Notes under the pieces: model-generated | Told to the model about the DNA's origin: nothing | Databases searched by the model: none | The model's input: the letters and a program-made list of their open reading frames with translations, nothing else | DNA from: an uncultured Senegalimassilia sp. | Lineage (GTDB): Bacteria; Actinomycetota; Coriobacteriia; Coriobacteriales; Eggerthellaceae | Length of the DNA stretch: 64,000 bases | Reading direction: 5' to 3' | Assembly (NCBI RefSeq): GCF_934630535.1 | Contig: NZ_CAKTVU010000002.1 | Coordinates: forward strand, 179,720 to 243,719 | Made by a program: the position numbers and the translations under genes | Shown here: piece after piece, positions 49,606 through 58,184 of the stretch | How positions within the stretch are numbered: position 1 is the first letter of the stretch | Layout: each line of letters begins with the position of its first letter

Positions 49606-49736
49606 CAGTAAAGCTAATCAGCCAAACTGTGCCTACTGATTTTGTCCATACAAGCATAGACTTTACTGCGCCAATTACAAATACCGACCATAACGCAACC
49701 GGGTTCACGCATGAAGTATGGACAAGGCAAGAGCAT

Positions 49737-50579
49737 CTATAAGTCCTTGCCCAAATACAATTCTTTTGGCGCATGATTACGACGTTGATCCTCAGGTGGC
49801 AGTTGATTCCACGTTTGACCATATTGCGTACGCAAGTAACCCTCGACATCGGCAGGAGCGAAAAACTCTTTTCCCTCAAAACAAATGACGCTCGGAGGTA
49901 ACAACATGCTCTTCGGAAACGGCTCAGTAGCCGCATACGAAGACGCCATCAGCATATCAGACTCTGAATCATCCTTCGCAATCATAGCAACCTTGTCGAA
50001 CCCACGGTTGATACGCTCAGGAGAAAACAGCGCACGCACCGCATAGTGCGCTACACGACACGCAATTGCTTCTATCGTCCCCATAGCACCTTTGTGCGGC
50101 ACCACAATGTGCTTGGAATGATACAAATACGAGATACTCTGCCACATCATGCAGCGTTTACGCTGCCGCTTAGCCGCATTCGATTCAGCACAAACGGCAT
50201 CATACGGGAAGATATCCACGAAAACGCCCTGGTCAAATCCGGCTTCTTCCGTTTCGTCGGTTACAAAACGCGTGTCTGTCAACATAACCTTCGCAAACAA
50301 AGCAGCCTGACGCGGATTCATCCGAGAACAAGTCACGCAGAATCGCTCCCCCAGAGCCACAGGAGCAACCTCTAAGAAACGCTCGTAATCTTCGCGCGGC
50401 ATACCTAGGTCAATATCGTCATCCCAAGGGATGAAACCGCCGTGACGTCGAGCGCCAAGCACAGTACCGGAATCTAAAAAGTAAGTAATCCCATGCTCAC
50501 GACACACGGAATCGATTGCTTCAAGAATCTCAAGCTCCATCATCTGCAAACGGCGCAATGTAGCCTGTTCGTATTGCAT
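49737..50579 (-). CDS. licD: LicD family phosphocholine/phosphoryl transferase
   Basis: GTVLGARRHGGFIPWDDDIDLGMPREDY, VDIFP, FEG..P..YL..YG. Confidence 0.92.
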   Translation of the reverse strand: MQYEQATLRRLQMMELEILEAIDSVCREHGITYFLDSGTVLGARRHGGFIPWDDDIDLGMPREDYERFLEVAPVALGERFCVTCSRMNPRQAALFAKVMLTDTRFVTDETEEAGFDQGVFVDIFPYDAVCAESNAAKRQRKRCMMWQSISYLYHSKHIVVPHKGAMGTIEAIACRVAHYAVRALFSPERINRGFDKVAMIAKDDSESDMLMASSYAATEPFPKSMLLPPSVICFEGKEFFAPADVEGYLRTQYGQTWNQLPPEDQRRNHAPKELYLGKDL

Positions 50580-50597
50580 AGATTCCCCTTTAGTAAC

Positions 50598-51614
50598 CTA
50601 GCTTAATTGCATTATGCGTTGCTGCTCACGACGCATAGCAAGTCCCAATAAACGTGTTGTTGCCCAATACCCCACGAAATGAATGCACCAGCGAACATAC
50701 ACAACGCGATTCTGCTTTCCGTAGCGTAACAGCCACCGGTATTCCTTCAGCAAATCAAACTCGTGAGATCTTTTATTGAGGCCCAACAATCCAACATACG
50801 ACAATGATAAAACATAGATATACGATACAAATGAAGCAGCTAATTGTGAGTGGGCGTCATCGCATGCCTTCGCCTCAGTAGCTTCTACTTGGCGCTGAAT
50901 AATAGAGAGCATAGCTCCAAGCACACTAAGATAGTCAGGCTGTTTGCTTTGCGAAACCGCAGAATTACGACGATAGACGTAGAAAGAGGTTTCCGACCAA
51001 CCCGAGGAATTGCACGCCAACAACAGCTGCCGCGACCATTCCGAATCCTCGTTGTACCGCAAACCCTCATCAAATGATAATTGCGCGCTGCGCACTACCG
51101 AGCGTTTCACCGTTTTTGCCGATGCGGAGGAATAATACAACCCCTGTTGAATAATCGCCCCCATAACGCTTTTGTAATCGGAAGAGGGGCCGATCTCGCT
51201 TGCGATATGATATGTTTCGTGAGTAGGAGAAATATCTCCCTCGTGATATTCTCCCAACGGGTAACATAACATGTCAGGATTGTTCCAGGCAATCAGGGCA
51301 TCATTGAGCACCCGTAAAGCATCGGGGCCATCCCACCAATCATCATTGTCTAAGAACAGCAGGTATTCGCCCTTTGCTTGACTAATGCCGGTATTGCGAG
51401 CAGCAGATGCACCTTTATTCCGCTCATGAGAATAGAGGTGAAATCTATCATCTAGCGAGCAATACTCCTGACAGATTTCAGCCGATCCGTCAGTCGACCC
51501 ATCATCGACCATCACCACCTCGAAATCGCCAAACGTTTGTACGGCAATAGAATCTAAACATTGCCTTACATACATAGAAGCATTGTAAATCGGAACGATA
51601 ACCGTAAAGCGCAT
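50598..51614 (-). CDS. Glycosyltransferase family 2
   Basis: VIVPIYNA, DDGSTD, ARNTG, FLDNDD, ED. RBS GAGGAG. Confidence 0.92.
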   Translation of the reverse strand: MRFTVIVPIYNASMYVRQCLDSIAVQTFGDFEVVMVDDGSTDGSAEICQEYCSLDDRFHLYSHERNKGASAARNTGISQAKGEYLLFLDNDDWWDGPDALRVLNDALIAWNNPDMLCYPLGEYHEGDISPTHETYHIASEIGPSSDYKSVMGAIIQQGLYYSSASAKTVKRSVVRSAQLSFDEGLRYNEDSEWSRQLLLACNSSGWSETSFYVYRRNSAVSQSKQPDYLSVLGAMLSIIQRQVEATEAKACDDAHSQLAASFVSYIYVLSLSYVGLLGLNKRSHEFDLLKEYRWLLRYGKQNRVVYVRWCIHFVGYWATTRLLGLAMRREQQRIMQLS

Positions 51615-51639
51615 ATTCAACTCCTCGCAAGCGCTCAAC

Positions 51640-52863
51640 TTAACTTCGCATAGAAAGCAGGAGGCGAACGAAGCAAAGCACCGATCCCGCAATCAAACCC
51701 GCCATAGTGGCAAAACTAGCGCCATTCAGCCCGAACGCAACAAGCATGGGATATGAGCAGACAGCACAGACAACGAACGCAACGGAAAAGCAAACAAGGT
51801 TACCCTTCATATCGCGCACCACAACCAGCAAGTCACCCAGAAACCACAAAAAGGCAGTGCAAATCGTGCAACACACGAGCGGTAACAGCAAATAGGAATA
51901 ATCCCGAATGGAATCACCGTAGATAAGACACAACGCCCACTCGCCAAACCACGCAAATCCAATAAGCGACACCGCAGCTAAAACGATGATTGCGACAAAC
52001 ACCTTTGCAAACAAGCGCAAAAAGCCCGAGGTATCCTTTGCGAGATAGCACTGAGCAAAACTGCTCAACAAGGGGGAATAAATATACTGCGCCCCCATTT
52101 GCACCACCACAACCGGCGAAGCTACAGATGCATATGCCCCAAGAGCAGAAGCGCCAAACATTGTCCCTAAAATCTGACGAGGAATTGAGGGGATGGATCC
52201 CGCAAACACCAAAGCAACAGCCGCAGGAAGGCATGCAACAAACAATGCCACCATTTTTGCTTTTGCGAAGTCAATCGAATATGCACCGATAACACGCTTT
52301 AGACTTCGAGGTAAATAGAATAAGACAACCGCACCGGTAACCAGCGTCATTATGATCAGCGACACCAGCAAGGAATGCGTTATAACCATCCCTCCGCAAA
52401 AGGCGATAAGAGACAGAATGCCACGCGCGGTGAGATCCTTGCCAGCAACATCTAGCCTATTCTTTTGCTGCGCAGCTCCTTGGTACACATCGGCGATAAT
52501 CGGCACGCACGAATACGCGCAGTACGCAACGACTGCGGGAATGGAGTCATTGGCGCACGTTACCGTCGCATAAACAATCATGCACATAAAAGCCGCTGCG
52601 GTGCTCAGTAATCGAAACGCCAAGTATTGCCCAGCAGAATACTCTTCGTTAAGGTCGGATACCTGAAAAGCACGCACCTTGAAATACCCTATGGGAGAAA
52701 AGATGTTGGAAACAGCCATACCGAGAGCCAACACGCCAGCAGCATCATATCCATCGGAAAGACGCACCACAAACACCGTGATAAGCCATTGGCATACAAG
52801 GTAAACCATGGAACCCGAAGTGTTCCATAGCATGTTCTGTTTTACGGACAGCTGTTTTGCCAC
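51640..52863 (-). CDS. Wzx-type oligosaccharide flippase (MOP superfamily)
   Basis: About 12 TM helices, NMLWNTSG N-terminus, polysaccharide-locus context. Confidence 0.82.
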   Translation of the reverse strand: MAKQLSVKQNMLWNTSGSMVYLVCQWLITVFVVRLSDGYDAAGVLALGMAVSNIFSPIGYFKVRAFQVSDLNEEYSAGQYLAFRLLSTAAAFMCMIVYATVTCANDSIPAVVAYCAYSCVPIIADVYQGAAQQKNRLDVAGKDLTARGILSLIAFCGGMVITHSLLVSLIIMTLVTGAVVLFYLPRSLKRVIGAYSIDFAKAKMVALFVACLPAAVALVFAGSIPSIPRQILGTMFGASALGAYASVASPVVVVQMGAQYIYSPLLSSFAQCYLAKDTSGFLRLFAKVFVAIIVLAAVSLIGFAWFGEWALCLIYGDSIRDYSYLLLPLVCCTICTAFLWFLGDLLVVVRDMKGNLVCFSVAFVVCAVCSYPMLVAFGLNGASFATMAGLIAGSVLCFVRLLLSMRS

Positions 52864-52869
52864 TACGCG

Positions 52870-53220
52870 CTACCTTTGCACATCATTACGTTTTGCAGCA
52901 TCATCAAGCGCCTCGTTTTGCACAAGGTTTCGCACCTTAGCGCGCAACTGCGACACCTCAACCGTGGTATAGAATTCACGGATGACCAGCACCGCAATCA
53001 CGTATACGAATACAAAATTTGCCGGGCTTTCAATACCGAATATATCTGCAAAGAAAAATGGGATGTCTCGAAATACCCCCATCAGCACCAGCGTAAGCGC
53101 GAACAAGAACCAGAACGTGGAATCAGCGATAGTAACTTCCGCCTTGCGGATTTTGCGCAGAATCAACCAGAACGTCAACAGCGCGCCAATAAGCAACGTT
53201 GCAGAGAACAGTAGGCTCAT
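52870..53220 (-). CDS. DUF2304 family small membrane protein (GacJ-like partner of the adjacent GT2)
   Basis: Three TM helices, W..FGIESPAN motif, C-terminal coiled segment LVQNEAL. Overlaps the GT2 stop. Confidence 0.85.
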   Translation of the reverse strand: MSLLFSATLLIGALLTFWLILRKIRKAEVTIADSTFWFLFALTLVLMGVFRDIPFFFADIFGIESPANFVFVYVIAVLVIREFYTTVEVSQLRAKVRNLVQNEALDDAAKRNDVQR

Positions 53221-53927
53221 TTCTTCCTCCTAAACCACTGCACCAGCAAAATGGAGATGCTCATGCGCAACATATAGGTAATTGATTTCGTAAAATTCAA
53301 GTAACTTTCGCCAGCAGTGCGCTCGCGCATTTCCACCTGAGTCTCTTCAACCTTGTAACCCCAGCGCATCAAAAGAGAAATGGTGTCGGGCTCGGGACCG
53401 AAATCCATCTCGTTAGCAAAGAGAGGAATCATTTGCCGATCGAACAAACGCATGCCCGAGGTGGGATCCTGAATGCGCTTCCGAGTGGTCAGCAGAATCA
53501 TGGCGCTAATAAGCACGCTGCCGGCCATGCGGGCAGATAGAGGCTTTTTCTGCGTTGCAAAACGACTGCCGATGACGATGTTGGCATCCTTTGCTTCTGC
53601 AACACGTATCATTTCGTAAATATACGCTGCAGAGTGCTGCCCATCAGCATCGAACTGAATGGCATAATCATAGCCATGCTCATAGGCATAACGCATCCCC
53701 GTCTGAAATGCACCCGCAAGCCCTAGATTCACCGGCAAATCGATTACGTTATAACCATGTTCCCGGCAAATGCTAAGCGTATCGTCCTTGGAACCATCGT
53801 TGACGATCACATAATCAACGCCAGGTGCATTGGACCGCAAATCCTCAATAGTAGATACGATATTGTCCCGCTCGTTATATGCAGGAACAACGGCAATGAC
53901 ACGCCTATTCCCGATAGTCTTGTCCAC
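53217..53927 (-). CDS. GT2 polyprenol-phosphate glycosyltransferase (DPM1/GacI-like)
   Basis: VPAYNE, NDGSKD, NLGLAGAFQTG, FDADGQH, GSRF, DPTSG, ER.AGES. Start uncertain (53927 or 53960). Confidence 0.88.
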   Translation of the reverse strand: MDKTIGNRRVIAVVPAYNERDNIVSTIEDLRSNAPGVDYVIVNDGSKDDTLSICREHGYNVIDLPVNLGLAGAFQTGMRYAYEHGYDYAIQFDADGQHSAAYIYEMIRVAEAKDANIVIGSRFATQKKPLSARMAGSVLISAMILLTTRKRIQDPTSGMRLFDRQMIPLFANEMDFGPEPDTISLLMRWGYKVEETQVEMRERTAGESYLNFTKSITYMLRMSISILLVQWFRRKK

Positions 53928-54074
53928 TTCCCAATTGCTCTCTACTCGGCAACATACCAAATTCCCAAGCGTTTATTGTATCGTCCCTTTCGGTTCATGA
54001 CCAGAAAGTCATCGTATGTGTATAATCGATTATCTGCGATCGCCCAAAATGCACCCACAATCGCAAGGAGAACC

Positions 54075-55274
54075 ATGCCCGATATTGCTTCTGCGACCAA
54101 CGTTGATAACAGCACGGCACAAAAGCCTTGCATATGCATTTTCTCTGCGCTGTACGAACCCCACGTCGGGGGCGTTGAATCCTACACTAAGGGCATCGCC
54201 GAAGCGCTTGTGGCCGATGGATGCAGAGTCATCGTCGCCACATCGAATACGGACAATGCGACTGCGCTCGAAACGGTCAATGGCATAGACATACTGCGAC
54301 TGCCTTGCAACCCCCTGCTTAACAGTCGGTTTCCTATTCCGAAAAACAATCAAGAAAGCAAGCGCCTCTGGAGCTGGCTTAACGAGCAGCCTATTGACTA
54401 TGTAGTGGTTAATACCAGATTTTACCCACACAGCATCATGGGTCTACGCTTTGCAAAACGACACAGCATACAACCCGTTCTCATAGAACACGGATCTGCT
54501 CACCTTACGCTTGGAAATGCACTTTTAGATTTTCCCTTGCACGGCGTAGAACACGCAATGACCGCCATCGCAAAACGATACTCCCCCTGCTGCTATGCGG
54601 TCTCGAGGAAGGCCAGCGAATGGCTTTCCCATTTCGGATTCTCCTCATGCGGAGAAATCCCTAACTCGATTGAAGCAGATACTTACTTAGGACAAGCGAG
54701 CGATCGTCATTTTAAATCGGAATTCAATATCCCGGATAACGCAACGCTGGTTGTAAGCGCCGGCAGATTCGTGCCCGAAAAAGGCGTCCTACAACTAGCA
54801 AAAGCAACAAAAATGGCATCCGAAAACGGAAGCAACATCTTCCTTATCATGGCCGGAAACGGTCCGTTATTACATGATGTCGAACAGCTGCAATACCAAA
54901 CCGTGATTACGCCAGGCATGCTAAGCAAAAGCGACCTCTCCGCGTTACTGCAACAGGCAGATTGCTTTTGTCTGCCATCACGCTCGGAGGGCTTCTCCAC
55001 AGTATTGCTTGAAGCAGCAGCATGTAACACTGCTGTGATAGCAACCGATGTCGGCGGCATGCGAGAAATCGCACCCACCGACGAATACGGCATCATTTTG
55101 CAATCTATGGAACCGAAAGATATTGCTGCGGCTCTCACAAGAGCTGCAGCAAATCCAGAGCAGATTCGACGCATGGGCACATATGCCGCCAAACGCGTTC
55201 GCCAGCTCTACACTTGGGACAAATCAGCCCAACTGCTGTTGCACGCCTGCCAAGAAGCGCAGTTGAAGCAGTAG
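54075..55274 (+). CDS. Glycosyltransferase family 4
   Basis: PHVGGVE, GRFVPEKG, PSRSEGFSTVLLEA (EX7E), TDVGG. RBS AAGGAG. Confidence 0.92.
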   Translation: MPDIASATNVDNSTAQKPCICIFSALYEPHVGGVESYTKGIAEALVADGCRVIVATSNTDNATALETVNGIDILRLPCNPLLNSRFPIPKNNQESKRLWSWLNEQPIDYVVVNTRFYPHSIMGLRFAKRHSIQPVLIEHGSAHLTLGNALLDFPLHGVEHAMTAIAKRYSPCCYAVSRKASEWLSHFGFSSCGEIPNSIEADTYLGQASDRHFKSEFNIPDNATLVVSAGRFVPEKGVLQLAKATKMASENGSNIFLIMAGNGPLLHDVEQLQYQTVITPGMLSKSDLSALLQQADCFCLPSRSEGFSTVLLEAAACNTAVIATDVGGMREIAPTDEYGIILQSMEPKDIAAALTRAAANPEQIRRMGTYAAKRVRQLYTWDKSAQLLLHACQEAQLKQ

Positions 55275-55312
55275 CCACCCACAAACCGCGCAACACACCG
55301 TTCCCGCAAAGA

Positions 55313-55341
55313 GAAGCGGCCGACATCCTGTCGGCCGCTTC
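55313..55341. terminator. Hairpin between convergent GT4 and CotH genes
   Basis: GAAGCGGCCGACA-tcc-TGTCGGCCGCTTC. Confidence 0.7.
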
Positions 55342-55357
55342 AAACTTTAATAACAGA

Positions 55358-57991
55358 TTACGCAACCAACCTGCCTGAAGCATCGAACTTGTATAGCTGG
55401 CCGCCAATGGAGCGCAAGCCCGTCACCATTTCGCCGGAGCTGGCGCACCAATACCAATCACCATCGTACGCTATCCACCCTGTTTGCATAGCACCCGAGC
55501 CAGACAGCATGTACCATTTTCCGGACACGTTGCTCCACCCTGTCTTCATCGCCCCAGACGAAGGGTCGAGATAATACCATGCACCACCAACGAATTGCCA
55601 TCCGGTAGACATAGCGCCAGATCCGCTGAGATAATACCAGCTATCATTATCTTCCTGCCATCCAATCGCCATAGCTCCGGTATCTGTAAGGTAATACCAT
55701 GCGCCGTCAACCCAGCGCCAACCGTAAACAAGCGCCCCTGAGCCATCAAGATAATACCAGGATCCATCAACATACGCCCAATCAGTGCGCATAGCGCCAT
55801 CTTGACCTAGGTAATACCAAGAATCACCAACGAACCGCCAGCCACTGTGCATAACGCCCGATTCGCTGAAGAGATACCAGGAACCACCAACAAGATTCCA
55901 TCCAGCAGACATGGCTCCAGAAGAGCCCAGATAATACCATTCACTACCGATAAATCGCCAGCCTTGTGCCATAGAACCGGACCCATCCATGTAGTACCAC
56001 GACGATCCGTCCGCCACCCAGCCGGTGACCATAGCTCCGGAAGACCTTAAGTAGTACCAGGTGCCACCGTCGCTAAGCCAGCCCGTGCACATGGCGCCCG
56101 ATTTGTCGAAATAGTACCATGTGCCGTTAACGCAGCACCAGCCAACCTGCATGCGTCCGTCCAACATGTAATACCATGTCCCTTTGTCATCGACCCAGCC
56201 ATTACGGCAAGGTGTTCCATCAAGATATGGGGTCCATCCGTAGACACCATCCCAGACCCAGGTACAGTACGACCATGAACTTTGCGCGTAAAACGAATCC
56301 ATGTAGTCTATACGTTGCTGAGCGAAGCTTCCAAGATCTGATACATACGTCTCCCAACTTTTCCCGTCGACTCGATCAAACGCAAGCCATTCATCGTCAA
56401 GCGGGGCAAGGCCCCAAAGCACCTGATCCATCGCCTGTGAAGCAGCTATTTCCTGAGCGTAATACGATATGGAGCGCAGATTGCCATTCGCCGTTGACGC
56501 CGAGGCATCCCCTAATAGCACTTGACGCACAACAGGAGCAAGCTTTGTCTGCTCCACTTGACCCAATTCTGAGAGCAATGCGGAATTTCCGCTCAAGAAT
56601 GTTTGGGCAAACACACCGCATGTGTTGGCATATCTCAACCCAAACGTTCTATCGCAATCCCAAATAGGCCCTAAGTAAATCTTTCCATCATCTTGCGGGG
56701 TATAGAAATACGAAGACGAATACAAATAGTCCCCATCCCAAATAAAGTCTTCCGTCAAACCAGTTGCAATAAGCGAATCAATGTCGAACACGTCATAAAC
56801 GCTTTTTCCGGATGCATCATCGATTCCACCGTTACGGGCAGCGGTAAAGCCGATGTCAAATAATTCGCTGATATACTTCGCCTCAGAGTTAGTTGCTATC
56901 TCAGGCGTATGTATGATAAACGAATGGGAGCTTGCGTTAAACATGCTTAGCTCTCCTGACGCCGTTTTGTCATCGAGCTCGATCAGGTATCCGCCGGAAA
57001 TATTATCGGGATCGTTCAAGCCGAAAACATACGAGTATTCCTGGCCGCGATCATTCAAAGCATGTTCGCGATAGCTCCATGGGTTTTCGATTGCGTCCGA
57101 ACCCTCGTTCGTGCTTTCGTTCGCATCATCCAAATCACTAATATCAACACCGTACTTCTCTACCTTGACTTTTTCTGTAAGCAAATAGCTTCCACGATAC
57201 TCACCGTTGTAGTAGAAGTCGCATGGTTGACAACTCGGCGTTGCTAACGATCCCATATATCTCGCGAGATTGAAGCTAATAGTGTTGCGCAGCAACGTTG
57301 GATCCGCGGCATTAGCCAATAGCAACCATGTTTTACTTTTTTCGCCTGTTCCAAGCGCATCCGCTTTTTTCTTCAGCTTAACCTGGTACGGTTTTTTATC
57401 GCATGCAATCCATGTTGAATTACCACGACCGCGAATAAATTCCATATCAGCATCGACGGCAATGGAACCATCAACATTGACCACGCTAAACGCACCGGTG
57501 TCTTTTACCGAATGAGATGGACTCGAATCAACATACGATCGATCGTGCTGCGTATTCACGAAAACCGAGCGAATCCCTTGCGATTGATAGAGAAAGATGC
57601 GCTGACGAGACTGCCCGTCAGTTGACACCCAAATACTTGATTCGTTCGAAATCAATCTTCCATCAGCTGATGCCAACCCGAATTCAGCTAAATCGACACT
57701 GCCAACAACTGGGCAAAGTGGACCGTCTTGACTATCAGACAGCCACAACGAACCAGTAGAAGAGACGACGGATAGTTTTCGCGTATCAACCTGAGACGGC
57801 AAGAACAGGCATTCGTTCTCGTCAACCTCCTGCACATGAACTTCTTTGCCGCCTGGCAGCTCAACCCATAGTTGGTCAGAGGCGATAGCGGCGTATGCCA
57901 GGCCACACGATCCCCCGAGAACGACGCCGATGGATACGATAACGGAAGCGACGATACATATTGCATATCGCTTCATAATCCCAAATCGCAT
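55358..57991 (-). CDS. CotH kinase-family protein with C-terminal choline-binding-type repeats
   Basis: Signal/anchor; RGRGNSTW..KKPY.VKL, W.LLAN..D.TLLRN, NGEYRG.Y.LTE, GGYLIELD, GPIWDCD; many WY repeats. RBS AAGGAGG. Confidence 0.9.
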   Translation of the reverse strand: MRFGIMKRYAICIVASVIVSIGVVLGGSCGLAYAAIASDQLWVELPGGKEVHVQEVDENECLFLPSQVDTRKLSVVSSTGSLWLSDSQDGPLCPVVGSVDLAEFGLASADGRLISNESSIWVSTDGQSRQRIFLYQSQGIRSVFVNTQHDRSYVDSSPSHSVKDTGAFSVVNVDGSIAVDADMEFIRGRGNSTWIACDKKPYQVKLKKKADALGTGEKSKTWLLLANAADPTLLRNTISFNLARYMGSLATPSCQPCDFYYNGEYRGSYLLTEKVKVEKYGVDISDLDDANESTNEGSDAIENPWSYREHALNDRGQEYSYVFGLNDPDNISGGYLIELDDKTASGELSMFNASSHSFIIHTPEIATNSEAKYISELFDIGFTAARNGGIDDASGKSVYDVFDIDSLIATGLTEDFIWDGDYLYSSSYFYTPQDDGKIYLGPIWDCDRTFGLRYANTCGVFAQTFLSGNSALLSELGQVEQTKLAPVVRQVLLGDASASTANGNLRSISYYAQEIAASQAMDQVLWGLAPLDDEWLAFDRVDGKSWETYVSDLGSFAQQRIDYMDSFYAQSSWSYCTWVWDGVYGWTPYLDGTPCRNGWVDDKGTWYYMLDGRMQVGWCCVNGTWYYFDKSGAMCTGWLSDGGTWYYLRSSGAMVTGWVADGSSWYYMDGSGSMAQGWRFIGSEWYYLGSSGAMSAGWNLVGGSWYLFSESGVMHSGWRFVGDSWYYLGQDGAMRTDWAYVDGSWYYLDGSGALVYGWRWVDGAWYYLTDTGAMAIGWQEDNDSWYYLSGSGAMSTGWQFVGGAWYYLDPSSGAMKTGWSNVSGKWYMLSGSGAMQTGWIAYDGDWYWCASSGEMVTGLRSIGGQLYKFDASGRLVA

Positions 57992-58184
57992 ATCAACCTC
58001 CTTATACCCGAATAACATCCTCTGTCTATAAAGAACAACTCTTGCTTGCTTCTAAACCCTTATTTCACAGACCTGAATCCTCGAAGCAAGCACCATTCTA
58101 CCAAGGCTCATGGACGCCACCGATTTCGGAACGTTGGGTATGGACCGAAGATTCAAAGCCGAACACAGGGGAACAGAGCAGAAG

